Positions 8,176-17,815 of a stretch of 64,000 nt of DNA are shown here, piece after piece. How positions within the stretch are numbered: position 1 is the stretch's first letter; the number at the start of each line of letters is the position of its first letter. The position numbers were made by a program, and so were the translations under genes. Source of the DNA: Nannocystaceae bacterium ST9. GTDB taxonomy: Bacteria; Myxococcota_A; Polyangia; Nannocystales; Nannocystaceae. The notes below the pieces were generated by a model. The model did not search any database. It was not told the origin of the DNA and worked only from the letters and a program-made list of their open reading frames with translations. The DNA lies in assembly GCA_048320885.1 (NCBI GenBank), contig JBLWFJ010000001.1, forward strand, positions 1,349,642-1,413,641, read 5' to 3'.

Positions 8176-10797
8176 TCAGAGCTGGACGTCGCCGAGGTCG
8201 ACGACCTCGGCAGCGCCTCGTTCGACGGCGACGGTGGTCGCGAGCTCCTGCGCGTTCTCGCCGGTCCCGACGAAGTGCAGCAGGAGTGGGCCAGGAGGCA
8301 GGCCCGTGATTCGGAACGCTCCCTGGTCGTCGGTGCGGTTGACCTGGGTGGTGAACGACTCGATCGCCGCGCGACTGAAGGTGTCGCACGCGTCGCGGGT
8401 CGGCAGCGCGAACACCTGGTAGCCGGCCAGCGGCTCGCCGTCGGGAGCGAGCGCGCGACCTTCCGCGCTCAGCCAGCCATCGCCCTCGACGCTGACCGTC
8501 GCGCTCGCGCCGGTCACTTCGGTCTCGACGCTGCCGTAGCTCTTCTCGCCACAGAACACGACCCGGTACTTGCCCGCGAGCAAGCCCGTGACCACGGTGG
8601 AGCCGGAGTCCGAGGCGGTCCGCTCGATCCGGGTCTTGCCGAGGATCACGACCTTCCCACGCTCGCCGGGATGCTGAACGGTCAGCTCGCTCTCGGGTGG
8701 CACGATCAACGCGTTCGGGCCTTCGACCCGCAGCGTGGCGTCGAGCGCCGCGGTCGAGTAGCCGGCGCGGTGGAAACGAACCGCCAGCGCCCCCTCGTCG
8801 GTCCACGCGATCAGCTCGAAGCGGCCCTCGGAGTCGGACACGGCCTGCAGCGAACGGTCCTGGTCGGCGAACACGACGGCACCTTCGACCGCGCCGCCGT
8901 CCTCGTCCTCGACCCGACCTCGGAAGGTCTCTTGCTTCGAGGTGACCGCGAGATCGAGGCGCTCGTCGGCCCCCTCGGCGAGCTCGAGCTTGGTCGGACC
9001 TTCAAAGCCGACCGTGCCACGCGAGTGACGAAGGACCAGCGCGTAGCTGCCCGGCTCGAGCCCCTGCGCCGCGAACTGCCCGTCGTCGCCGACGTCGATC
9101 TCGTAGAGCGGCGAGCCGGCGGCCCGGGTCCCGTCGATTCGCTGCGGCTCCCCGGTCGGCGAGAGCACCAGCTGCAGGCCCGACGCGGCGCCGAGGTTGC
9201 TGACCACCCCGCTCACCCGCGCCGCCGGAGCGAGCACGAGCTCGACCTCGCCGCCCTGGCGAGCGATCTCGGCGTCGATCTCCAGCTCCGCGCGCCCGTG
9301 CGCCACGTGCTCGGCGACCAACACGACCTCGCCGAGCGAGAGCGGACCCATGCTGAACTTGCCCTCGGCGTTGGTCTGGGTGGTGCGAAACGCGTTCATC
9401 ATCGCGAAGCCCATGGTCCCGAACTCGAGCTTGGCGAGGTCCATGCGTGCACGGATCTCGATGCCCTGGATCGGCGGGCTGACCCGGCCCGCGATCATGT
9501 AGCCACGCTCGACCTCGAGATCGAGGAACTCGTCTTGCTCGGCGACGTTGATCACCCCGCCCAGCAAGTTGCCCGCGTACTCCTTGTGGGCGACGATCGT
9601 GTGGTAGCGGCCCTTGGGGACCGAGCCGCAGTCGAACTGGCCCTGCGCGTCGCTCTCGTCGCAGACCAGGATGGAGGTGTCGCCCTTGAGAGTGACGAGC
9701 GCGCCGGCGACCGGCACGTCCCCTCCACGCTCGCGGACCTTGCCGTAGACGGGCGTGCCGCTCACGAGCGTGAGCTCGACGCCCTCGAGCTGCTCGTAGA
9801 GCTCGACCGAGATCTCGACGGGCGCCTCGGTCGAGGCCGTGGCCGAGATGGCATGAACCGCCCACGAACCAAACCCGACGTTCTCGAGCCGAAACGAGCC
9901 GTCGGGGCCGGAGACGCCGTCCGCTCGCGCGGCGTGATTGACCACCGAGCCGCCGGCCTCGAGCAGACGGACCAGTCGAATCTCGGCCCCGGCGACGCCC
10001 GGCCCCGAGGGGCCGAGCACGACCCGCCCGCTCACGGTGGTCCCGGGGCTGAGCACCAGCGCGACGTCGACCCGATCGCGCTGGCGGGTGTCGGCCCCCG
10101 TCGAACTGCTCGAATAGCCCGGGAACGCGCTGCGGACCACATAGCGGCCTGGAGAGACCTGGATCGAGAATGCGCCCCGCTCGTCGGTGTCGACCCGAAA
10201 TACCGGCTGTTCGAAGCCGAATCCGTTGACGGTGCCTTCGGGGATCACGTCGACGTCGGCCCCGTCGAGCGGCCCGCCGAACACGTCGGCGACCGTCCCT
10301 TCGATCGTGGTCGCGGGGCCGCTCGGAAGCGTGATTTCGTAGACGTGGTCCTCGCAGCGACGAGGCGCGGCGATCGATTGACTGAACGCGAGCGAGCCGG
10401 GGATCACCACCGCGAGCGCGATCGGCCCACCGGGGACCCGCGGAACCTGCCAATTGCCCTCGGGATCGACCTTGGCGACCTGGACGGGATGGGCGGTGCC
10501 CGGTTTGGCCAGCGAGACGGTGACGGTCCCACCCACCGCGGCGGGGTCATGGCCGAGGATTCGCCCACACAGGGTGAGTCGTTGATTGTCTCGCGACGAT
10601 TCCGGTCGCGCCGGCCGGTCGGCCGAATCACGCGAGCGCGTATTGCCCCCTTCGCCCTCGTCGCGTTCGGCCTCGCGCGACTCACTCGATTCCCGATTGT
10701 CCCGATTGTTCTGGCCCAGCCACCAAACACCGATGATTGCCGCGATCGCGGCAACGACGAGGAGAATCCGTGACGTTCGAGCTTCGGGCTTGGACAT
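8176..10797 (-). CDS. Large membrane-anchored protein with ~8 carboxypeptidase-regulatory-like (CarboxypepD_reg / transthyretin-like) repeats
   Basis: ORF 8176..10866, start assigned at MSKPEARTSRILLVVAAIAAIIGVWW (TM anchor, ATG complement 10795-10797). Recurrent G-R/K-V...DA.G.F.l..l.pG.Y modules. Confidence 0.7.
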   Translation of the reverse strand: MSKPEARTSRILLVVAAIAAIIGVWWLGQNNRDNRESSESREAERDEGEGGNTRSRDSADRPARPESSRDNQRLTLCGRILGHDPAAVGGTVTVSLAKPGTAHPVQVAKVDPEGNWQVPRVPGGPIALAVVIPGSLAFSQSIAAPRRCEDHVYEITLPSGPATTIEGTVADVFGGPLDGADVDVIPEGTVNGFGFEQPVFRVDTDERGAFSIQVSPGRYVVRSAFPGYSSSSTGADTRQRDRVDVALVLSPGTTVSGRVVLGPSGPGVAGAEIRLVRLLEAGGSVVNHAARADGVSGPDGSFRLENVGFGSWAVHAISATASTEAPVEISVELYEQLEGVELTLVSGTPVYGKVRERGGDVPVAGALVTLKGDTSILVCDESDAQGQFDCGSVPKGRYHTIVAHKEYAGNLLGGVINVAEQDEFLDLEVERGYMIAGRVSPPIQGIEIRARMDLAKLEFGTMGFAMMNAFRTTQTNAEGKFSMGPLSLGEVVLVAEHVAHGRAELEIDAEIARQGGEVELVLAPAARVSGVVSNLGAASGLQLVLSPTGEPQRIDGTRAAGSPLYEIDVGDDGQFAAQGLEPGSYALVLRHSRGTVGFEGPTKLELAEGADERLDLAVTSKQETFRGRVEDEDGGAVEGAVVFADQDRSLQAVSDSEGRFELIAWTDEGALAVRFHRAGYSTAALDATLRVEGPNALIVPPESELTVQHPGERGKVVILGKTRIERTASDSGSTVVTGLLAGKYRVVFCGEKSYGSVETEVTGASATVSVEGDGWLSAEGRALAPDGEPLAGYQVFALPTRDACDTFSRAAIESFTTQVNRTDDQGAFRITGLPPGPLLLHFVGTGENAQELATTVAVERGAAEVVDLGDVQL

Positions 10798-10888
10798 GAA
10801 TCTCTCGCGCGATCGCGATCCGACATGACGGAAGCACCTCGGTCGGGCGCCCATCGGGGCACCCAACCGAGGCTACGGGGACACCAGA

Positions 10889-11191
10889 CTAGTCGAGCAG
10901 GTAGTCGGCGTTGGCGTCCGCGAGCGTGTTCATCTGCTGCTGCGACGAGCCGGCGAGCCACTTGCCGACTTCCTTGCCGAGGTCGTACAACTTGTCCGCG
11001 GTCCAGGCGTAGGCCGCGAGAGCACCACCGACGAGCGCGACGGTGACGGTCGGATCGGCGACCATCGCCTCCGATTCGATGACCTCGTTCTGAGCGGTGG
11101 CGGTCGGCGTCCAGGCCAGACTCGAGATTGCGGTCGCACCAACCAAGGTGGCGACGAGCGTGAGCTTGATTCGGGTGTTGTAGGTCTTCAT
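10889..11191 (-). CDS. Small secreted protein, paralog 1 (100 aa)
   Basis: Internal Met of ORF 10889..11548: MKTYNTRIKLTLVATLVGATAISSLAWTPTATAQ (Sec signal, AxA site), acidic segment, Gly/Ala-rich helix. Starts 8 nt after the paralog 2 stop. Confidence 0.55.
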   Translation of the reverse strand: MKTYNTRIKLTLVATLVGATAISSLAWTPTATAQNEVIESEAMVADPTVTVALVGGALAAYAWTADKLYDLGKEVGKWLAGSSQQQMNTLADANADYLLD

Positions 11192-11199
11192 GGCGTTGA

Positions 11200-11490
11200 T
11201 CAGTTGAGCGCGTACTCGAAGGCGAGCGGGTCGAAGTCCGCCAACTGCTCCGCGGGTTGCGGCTTGTTCTTGCACTCCATGTAGCCCTGAGCGATTCCCA
11301 GCAGAAACGCCCCGGCCAGGCCTGCAACAGCCACGACGGCGATCGCCGGAAGAACCGCGAGCGCCTCGGAGTTGGTCTCCTCGACGTCCTGTTCGATCGC
11401 AGCTTGCGCTTCGTGTTCGGTGGTGAGCGAAAGGGTCGCGGTGACGAGCGTCAAGGCCACGACCGCAGAAGTAATCTTGCGGTTTTTCAT
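11200..11490 (-). CDS. Small secreted/membrane protein, paralog 2 (96 aa)
   Basis: MKNRKITSAVVALTLVTATLSLTTEHEAQA signal, acidic AIEQDVEETNSEA, TM helix with GxxxG/A motifs. Upstream SD GAGGGAG. Confidence 0.55.
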   Translation of the reverse strand: MKNRKITSAVVALTLVTATLSLTTEHEAQAAIEQDVEETNSEALAVLPAIAVVAVAGLAGAFLLGIAQGYMECKNKPQPAEQLADFDPLAFEYALN

Positions 11491-11699
11491 CGATCTCCCT
11501 CTTCGGAGGTCCCCAGACACCCCGATCGCCGTCGACAATATAGACCACTCGGTTTCACTTCAAGACAATTTTTCATTGCCATCGAAGTGCCATCCGAGGG
11601 TATGGCTGGTCTCTCGACCAAATCGCCGGTGCCCATGCCTGCATTGCTACTGGCCCAAAGTACGCGATTCGCCGAGTCGCATGTTCGCGGAATGGTCGG

Positions 11700-11790
11700 T
11701 CGAATGTCGGTCGAATGTCGGTCGATTGGTCGGTCGATTGGTCGTTCGAACATCACGGTTCGAACATCACGATTCGACTCTCACCTGACG
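11700..11790. repeat. Three consecutive short tandem duplications in the AT-richer acyl-CoA dehydrogenase upstream region
   Basis: ggtcgaatgtc x2, ggtcgattggtc x2, gttcgaacatcacg x2, read directly. Candidate operator or regulatory sites. Confidence 0.6.
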
Positions 11791-12023
11791 CGACTATTAC
11801 GAAAGACTATTGTGACACTCCATCGATGTGTCTCGCTCGCTATCGCTCGGCACCACCCTCGACGAGTGGGCCGCGAGGCCGTTCAGGCTCATGTCCTCGA
11901 TTCTGGCCTCCCGTTCAGCGCACGAGACGCTAGGCCCTCCAGCCACCGCGCAAGGGACGCGAATCCCCGAGGTCGTGTCCGGGCCGACCCCTGCGACGGC
12001 TCGCGCGGTCCAACCCGCCCCTC

Positions 12024-13232
12024 ATGGTATCGATGCCCGCCATGTCCACCGACGCCCGGACCTACCTGCTCGGCATCGACCACCTGCTGACCGACGAAGA
12101 GCGGCTGACCTGGAAGTCGGCCCACGAGTTCTGCCAGAGCCGGATCCAGCCGGTCATCGAGCAGCACTACGAGGCCGGGACCTTCCCGCGCGAGCTGATC
12201 CCCGAGTTCGCCGAGATGGGCTTTTTGGGCTGCTCGATCGAGGGTTACGGGTGCGCGGGCATGAACCCGGTCGCGTACGGGACAATCATGATCGAGCTCG
12301 AGCGGGTCGACTCCGGCATCCGCTCGTTCTGCTCGGTCCAGACCGCGCTCGCGATGTACCCGATCTTCGCCTACGGCAGCGAAGACCAGCGCCAGCGCTG
12401 GCTGCCGCGGATGGCCGCCGGCGAGCTGATCGGCTGCTTCGGGCTGACCGAGCCCAACTCCGGCTCCGACCCCGGCTCGATGCGGACCCACGCCAAGCAG
12501 CTCGAGCCCGGCGGCGACTTCGTGCTCAACGGCCAGAAGATGTGGATCACCAACAGCCCGATCGCCGACCTCGCGATCGTGTGGGCCAAGACGCTCGAGT
12601 ACGGCAGCAGCACGCCGGTGATCCGCGGGTTCGTGGTCGAGCGCGGCATGCCGGGCTTCTTCACGCCCGAGACCCACGGCAAGCTCAGCCTGCGCGCGTC
12701 GATCACCGGCGAGATCGTGCTCGACGAGGTTCGGGTCCCGGTCGCCAACCTGCTGCCCAACGTGTCGGGCCTCAAGGGTCCGCTCGGCTGCCTGACCCAA
12801 GCCCGCTACGGGATCGGCTGGGGAGGCGTCGGCGCGGCGATGGACGTGTACGAGCGAGCCCGCCGCTACACGCTCGAGCGCACGCAGTTCGATCGCCCGA
12901 TCGCCGGCTTCCAGCTGACCCAGCAGAAGCTGGTCGAGATGCACGACGAGATCGTCAAGGGCCTGCTGCTCGCCTACCACTGCGGCCGGGTCAAGCAGGC
13001 CGGCAAGCTCGACCCCGTGCAGGTCAGCATGCTCAAGCGCGAGAACGTTCGAATGGCCCGCGAGGCCGCCCAGACCGCGCGGACCATGCTCGGCGGCAAC
13101 GGGATCATGGGCGAGTTCCACATCATGCGGCACCTGTGCAACCTCGAGACGGTCTACACCTACGAGGGCACGCACGAGATCCACACGCTCTCGATCGGCC
13201 GGGCGCTCACCGGCCTGTCGGCGTTCTCGTGA
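12024..13232 (+). CDS. Acyl-CoA dehydrogenase (glutaryl-CoA dehydrogenase-like)
   Basis: 402 aa with the ACAD fold pattern. The real start may be a few codons in (MSTDARTY). Confidence 0.85.
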   Translation: MVSMPAMSTDARTYLLGIDHLLTDEERLTWKSAHEFCQSRIQPVIEQHYEAGTFPRELIPEFAEMGFLGCSIEGYGCAGMNPVAYGTIMIELERVDSGIRSFCSVQTALAMYPIFAYGSEDQRQRWLPRMAAGELIGCFGLTEPNSGSDPGSMRTHAKQLEPGGDFVLNGQKMWITNSPIADLAIVWAKTLEYGSSTPVIRGFVVERGMPGFFTPETHGKLSLRASITGEIVLDEVRVPVANLLPNVSGLKGPLGCLTQARYGIGWGGVGAAMDVYERARRYTLERTQFDRPIAGFQLTQQKLVEMHDEIVKGLLLAYHCGRVKQAGKLDPVQVSMLKRENVRMAREAAQTARTMLGGNGIMGEFHIMRHLCNLETVYTYEGTHEIHTLSIGRALTGLSAFS

Positions 13233-14068
13233 TCCCGCGGGTCCGCGTGCTGCCCGATCGCGGCACGCTGCTGGTCTCGACCGACCTGCACGGCAAGCGC
13301 GACAGCTTCGAGCGGCTGCGCGAGCGCTTCTTCGACCTGCGCGGGCGGCATGGCCCGTCCGAGACCCACTGGGCGCTGCTCGGCGATCTCGTGCACGGGC
13401 CCAGCCCGGAGGCGCGCGCCCGCAGCCCGCTCTACGACTACGAAGACGAGAGCCCGGCGCTGATCGACGCCGTGTTCGAGCTGCGCGAGCGCTTCCCCGA
13501 GCACGTCCACTTCGTGCTCGGCAACCATGATCATGGCCACGTCGGCGGACCGCACACCCGCAAGTTCCACGCCGACGAAGTGCTCGCGCTCGAGGCCCGG
13601 CTGACGCCCGAGCAGCGTCGCCGCGCCGAGCAGCTGTTCGGCCAGGCCCTGCTCGCGATCGCGACCCCGAGCGGCCTGCTGCTGACCCACGGATCGCCGG
13701 GCGAGGCCCTGCACTCGCTCGCCGATCTCGACGCGCTCGCGCTGGTCGACGAGCCCGACCCGCGCAAGCGCGAGCTGCTGCGCAGCATCCTCGGCGACTA
13801 CGGCCAGCGCGGCGAGGTCACGGCCCGCGTGCTCGCGAGCGTCTCGCGACCCGGGCTCGCGCTGCATCTGGTCGTGCACGGTCACGATCGCGACGAGTCG
13901 GGCTTGTTCGTCGAGGGCGGCAACCAGATCTGCCCGGTGATCTTCGGGGCCCGCCGCGAGCTCGAGCGCTGCCTGGTGCTCGATCTCGCCACACGACATC
14001 GCTGCGCGGCCGAGCTCCGCGAGGGCGTCGAGATCGTCCGCGTGCACGAGTCGCCCGCCGGCTGGTGA
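13228..14068 (+). CDS. Calcineurin-like metallophosphoesterase
   Basis: LLGDLVHGP and GNHDHG motifs. GTG start overlaps the acyl-CoA dehydrogenase stop (GTGA). Only the 3' part of the listed ORF 11828..14068 is coding. Confidence 0.7.
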
Positions 14069-14187
14069 CGACGCAAATGTCCGAGTGGCGCCGTTCGTGC
14101 GGCTATCGCCGCGAGAACGGCCGTTCGCACCATGGCAGAGATGTCGCGGGAAGGGCGGGCGCGGGTCTGGGACACTGGGCCTCTACC

Positions 14188-15930
14188 ATGACGCTGCGCA
14201 GCCTTCGTCCCCTCGCCTGCTTGCCGCTCGTCGCCGCGCTGGCCCTCGCGTTCGCGCCGACACCCGCCGAAGCCTGCGGCGGGACCTTCTGCGACGGCGC
14301 GCTCGGGCCCAACGTGATGCCCGTCGATCAGACCGGCGAGAACATACTGTTTTGGATCGATCACTCGGGCACGGAGCCACACACCGAGGCGCACATTCAG
14401 ATCCAGTACGAGGGCGACGCCGAGAACTTCGCCTGGATCATCCCGGTCCAGCAGGTCCCCGAGGTCTTGGTCGGCAACCAGGCGCTCTTCGACAACCTGC
14501 TCGCCGCGACCGTCCCGACCTTCACGATCACCACCAACTTCCAGTCGTGCCCGGACAGCGGGCCCTCGGTCGGCCTCTGTGCGTTCGGCAATGACGCGGC
14601 GCTCGCCGGCGACGACGAGGCCGGCGGCAGCTTCTCGTCCGGTGGCGACGAGGCCGGCGACGGGACCGGCGGGCCCGAGATCCTCGATCGCGGGTTCGCG
14701 GGCGCCTTCGAGTACGTCGTGCTGACCGGCGACTCCGTCCAGGAGATCGTCGACTGGCTCGACATGGCCGGCTACGCCCAGGACGACGACGCACCTCCGA
14801 TCCTGCAGGAGTACCTCGACGACGACTTCGTGTTCGTCGCCGTCAAGCTGCGCGGCGGCGTCGACGTCGACGAGATCCATCCGCTCGCGATCCGCTACCC
14901 CGGCGTCGAGCCCTGCATCCCGATCAAGCTGACCCGGATCGCCGCCGTCGACGACATGGCCATCCGCGCGTTCTTCCTCGGCGAGTCGCGGGCCGCCCCG
15001 ATGAACTGGCCGCACATCGTCGTCAACCCGGTCCGGCTCGACTGGGTCGCCAACCCGGCCGTCAACTACCTCGAGATCGTCTCGCTCGCGCTCGACGAAG
15101 CCGGCGGGCGGGCCTTCCTCACCGAGTACGCGGGCACCGACGCGATCGTCTCGACCAACGGGGTCGACAGCCCGGCCTGGGACCCGACCGCGTTCGAGGC
15201 GATCGAGCCGGTCGACGTCGTCGACGAGCTGATCCAGCAGGGCCTCGGGGCGACCTGCGACGATTTTGCCGGCACCTGCGTGTTCCCGCATCCGCAGGTC
15301 GAGCCGCTGCTCGCCAAGTACCTGCCCGCGCCGGCCAACCTGAACCCCTACGAGTTCTGGGGCGACCTGCACGCCTACGAGGGCCTGATCGACCTCGCCG
15401 CCTGGTCGGGCACCGGCTTCGCCACCGACTTCGCCGAGCGAATCTCGACCCCGGGCCAGCACGCGATCGAGATGCTCGAGAGCGCCAGCTACCTGACCCG
15501 CTTGATGACCCTGCTCTCGCCGCACGAGATGATCGAGGACCCGACCTTCCACGAGACCGACTCGCTGCCGCCGGTCGACAACTCGACGAGCGCGACCCGG
15601 ACGATCGCTTGCGAGGGCAACGACTGGATCGACCTCGCCGACGGCCGGCAGATCGCGCTGACCGACGTCGCCAACTACCCCGACATCGAGGGCATGCCGG
15701 CCGTCGAGATCATCGAGCAGATCCCGGCCATGGGTCCGCCGCAGGTCTCCACCGACAACCGTTCGAAGATCGACGAGCTGCTCGCCGAGTGGAACCACGG
15801 TCAGCTCGAGGGGCCCGCGCCCTGGAACTGCTCGGTCGTCGGCCTGCAGGCCGAGGCCCTGCTGACCATGCTCTCGCTCTTCGGCTTGGCCTGGTTGCAT
15901 CGCGGCCGCCGTCGCCGGATCTCCGCTTAG
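14188..15930 (+). CDS. DUF2330-domain secreted protein, copy 1, with MYXO-CTERM-like tail
   Basis: Internal Met MTLRSLRPLACLPLVAALALAFAPTPAEACGG (signal + ACGG). C-terminus NCSVVGLQAEALLTMLSLFGLAWLHRGRRRR, i.e. Cys motif, TM helix, Arg cluster. Confidence 0.7.
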   Translation: MTLRSLRPLACLPLVAALALAFAPTPAEACGGTFCDGALGPNVMPVDQTGENILFWIDHSGTEPHTEAHIQIQYEGDAENFAWIIPVQQVPEVLVGNQALFDNLLAATVPTFTITTNFQSCPDSGPSVGLCAFGNDAALAGDDEAGGSFSSGGDEAGDGTGGPEILDRGFAGAFEYVVLTGDSVQEIVDWLDMAGYAQDDDAPPILQEYLDDDFVFVAVKLRGGVDVDEIHPLAIRYPGVEPCIPIKLTRIAAVDDMAIRAFFLGESRAAPMNWPHIVVNPVRLDWVANPAVNYLEIVSLALDEAGGRAFLTEYAGTDAIVSTNGVDSPAWDPTAFEAIEPVDVVDELIQQGLGATCDDFAGTCVFPHPQVEPLLAKYLPAPANLNPYEFWGDLHAYEGLIDLAAWSGTGFATDFAERISTPGQHAIEMLESASYLTRLMTLLSPHEMIEDPTFHETDSLPPVDNSTSATRTIACEGNDWIDLADGRQIALTDVANYPDIEGMPAVEIIEQIPAMGPPQVSTDNRSKIDELLAEWNHGQLEGPAPWNCSVVGLQAEALLTMLSLFGLAWLHRGRRRRISA

Positions 15931-15969
15931 TTTTTGATCGATCACCACTGCCCAAGGCACGGCCCTGCC

Positions 15970-17682
15970 ATGCGACCCCTACTCACGATCTCTTCGTTAT
16001 CGACCCTCGCGCTCGGCCTCGGCCTCGCGCTCGCGCCCACGCCCGCCGACGCCTGCGGCGGGACCTTCTGCGACGGCGGCGGACCGACGGTGATGCCCGT
16101 CGATCAGACCGGCGAGAACATCCTGTTTTGGATCGATCACTCGGGCACGGAGCCGCACACCGAGGCGCACATTCAGATCCAGTACGAGGGCGAGGCGCAG
16201 GACTTCGCGTGGATCATCCCGGTCCAGCAGGTCCCCGAGGTCCTGGTCGGCAACCAGGCGCTCTTCGACAACCTGCTCGCCGCGACCGTCCCGACCTTCA
16301 CGATCACCACCACCAGCCAGACCTGCGACGACGGCTCGGTCGGGCTGTGTGCCGCGCGGGCCGAGGACAGCCAGTTCGCCGACGACGAGGCCGGTGACAT
16401 TGGCGGCGACGAAGGCGACACCGGCGACGGGACCGGCGGGCCCGAGATCCTCGATCGTGGGTTCGCGGGCGCCTTCGAGTACGTCGTGCTGACCGGCGAC
16501 TCCGTCCAGGAGATCGTCGACTGGCTCGACATGGCCGGCTACGCCCAGGACGACGACGCACCCCCGATCCTGCAAGAGTACCTCGACGACGACTTCGTGT
16601 TCGTCGCCGTCAAGCTGCGCGGCGGCGTCGACGTCGACGAGATCCATCCGCTCGCGATCCGCTACCCCGGCGTCGAGCCCTGCATCCCGATCAAGCTGAC
16701 CCGGATCGCCGCCGTCGACGACATGGCCATCCGCGCGTTCTTCCTCGGCGAGTCGCGGGCCGCCCCGATGAACTGGCCGCACGTGGTGCTCAACCCGGTC
16801 GCGTTCGATTGGGTCAACACCGCCAGCAACTACCTCGAGGTCGCCTCGCTGGCGATCGACGAGGCCGGCGGGCGAGCCTTCCTCACCGAGTACGCCGGCA
16901 TCGACGACATCGTCTCGACCAGCGGGGTCGACAGCCCGGCTTGGAACCCGAGCGCGTTCGAGGCGATCGAGCCGGTCGACGTCGTCGACGAGCTGACCAG
17001 CCAAGGCCTGGGCCTGACCTGCGACCCGTTCTCGAACGTGTGCAGCTTCGGCCACCCGCAGGTCGAGCCGCTGCTCGCCAAGTACCTGCCGGCCCCCGAT
17101 GGCGTGGACCCCTACGAATTCTGGGGCTCGCTCGCGTCCTACGAGGGCCTGATCGACCTCGCCGCCTGGTCGGGCACCGGCTTCGCCACCGACTTCGCCG
17201 AGCGGATCTCGACCCCGGGTCAGCACGCGATCGAGATGCTCGAGAGCGCCTCCTACCTGACCCGCCTGATGACCCTGCTCTCCCCGCACGAGATGATCGA
17301 GGACCCGACCTTCCACGAGACCGACTCGCTGCCCACGCTCGGCAACCAGTTCTCGGCCACGCGGACGATCGCCTGCGAGACCAACGACTGGGTCGACCTG
17401 CCCGACGAGCGCCAGGTCGCGCTGACCAACGGCAGCCTCTACCCCAGCATCGAGGGCATGCCCTTCGCCGAACGGATCGAGCAGATCCCGGCCATGGGCC
17501 CTGCCCAGATCACCACCGACAACCGCGCGACGATCGACGACCTGCTCGCCGACTGGAACGCCGGCAAGCTCTCGGGGCCCGAGCCCGGCTGCGCCGTCAC
17601 CCGCCTGCGGGCCGAGGCGCTGCTGACCATGCTCGCGCTGTTCGGGATCGCCGGGGCGACCCGCCGTCGGCGTCGGGGATGA
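15970..17682 (+). CDS. DUF2330-domain secreted protein, copy 2 (tandem paralog), with MYXO-CTERM-like tail
   Basis: MRPLLTISSLSTLALGLGLALAPTPADACGG...; C-terminus GCAVTRLRAEALLTMLALFGIAGATRRRRRG. Long blocks are nucleotide-identical to copy 1. Confidence 0.7.
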   Translation: MRPLLTISSLSTLALGLGLALAPTPADACGGTFCDGGGPTVMPVDQTGENILFWIDHSGTEPHTEAHIQIQYEGEAQDFAWIIPVQQVPEVLVGNQALFDNLLAATVPTFTITTTSQTCDDGSVGLCAARAEDSQFADDEAGDIGGDEGDTGDGTGGPEILDRGFAGAFEYVVLTGDSVQEIVDWLDMAGYAQDDDAPPILQEYLDDDFVFVAVKLRGGVDVDEIHPLAIRYPGVEPCIPIKLTRIAAVDDMAIRAFFLGESRAAPMNWPHVVLNPVAFDWVNTASNYLEVASLAIDEAGGRAFLTEYAGIDDIVSTSGVDSPAWNPSAFEAIEPVDVVDELTSQGLGLTCDPFSNVCSFGHPQVEPLLAKYLPAPDGVDPYEFWGSLASYEGLIDLAAWSGTGFATDFAERISTPGQHAIEMLESASYLTRLMTLLSPHEMIEDPTFHETDSLPTLGNQFSATRTIACETNDWVDLPDERQVALTNGSLYPSIEGMPFAERIEQIPAMGPAQITTDNRATIDDLLADWNAGKLSGPEPGCAVTRLRAEALLTMLALFGIAGATRRRRRG

Positions 17683-17689
17683 GCCGAGG

Positions 17690-17716
17690 GCTCTCCGCGG
17701 CGAGCCGCGGAGAGAG
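17690..17716 (+). terminator. GC hairpin after the DUF2330 copy 2
   Basis: ctctccgcgg-cgag-ccgcggagag, a perfect 10-bp stem 8 nt after the stop. No clear U-tract follows. Confidence 0.35.
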
Positions 17717-17815
17717 CGGCGTTCGCTATCCGTCGCCAGCGCCGTGTGAACGGGCTCTCGCACCTTCGCCGACGCCACTCCCGGACCGCCTCCAACTCCG
17801 ATAGCATCGTGCCGC

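Noticed and set aside
5699-10773. ORFs 5699..7504(+), 8044..10773(+), 8087..8806(-), 9002..10453(-)
   Set aside because: Extremely Arg/Asp/Gly-rich with no domain-like structure. They lie antisense or off-frame to the recognisable HTTM, DUF5819 and CarboxypepD_reg genes.
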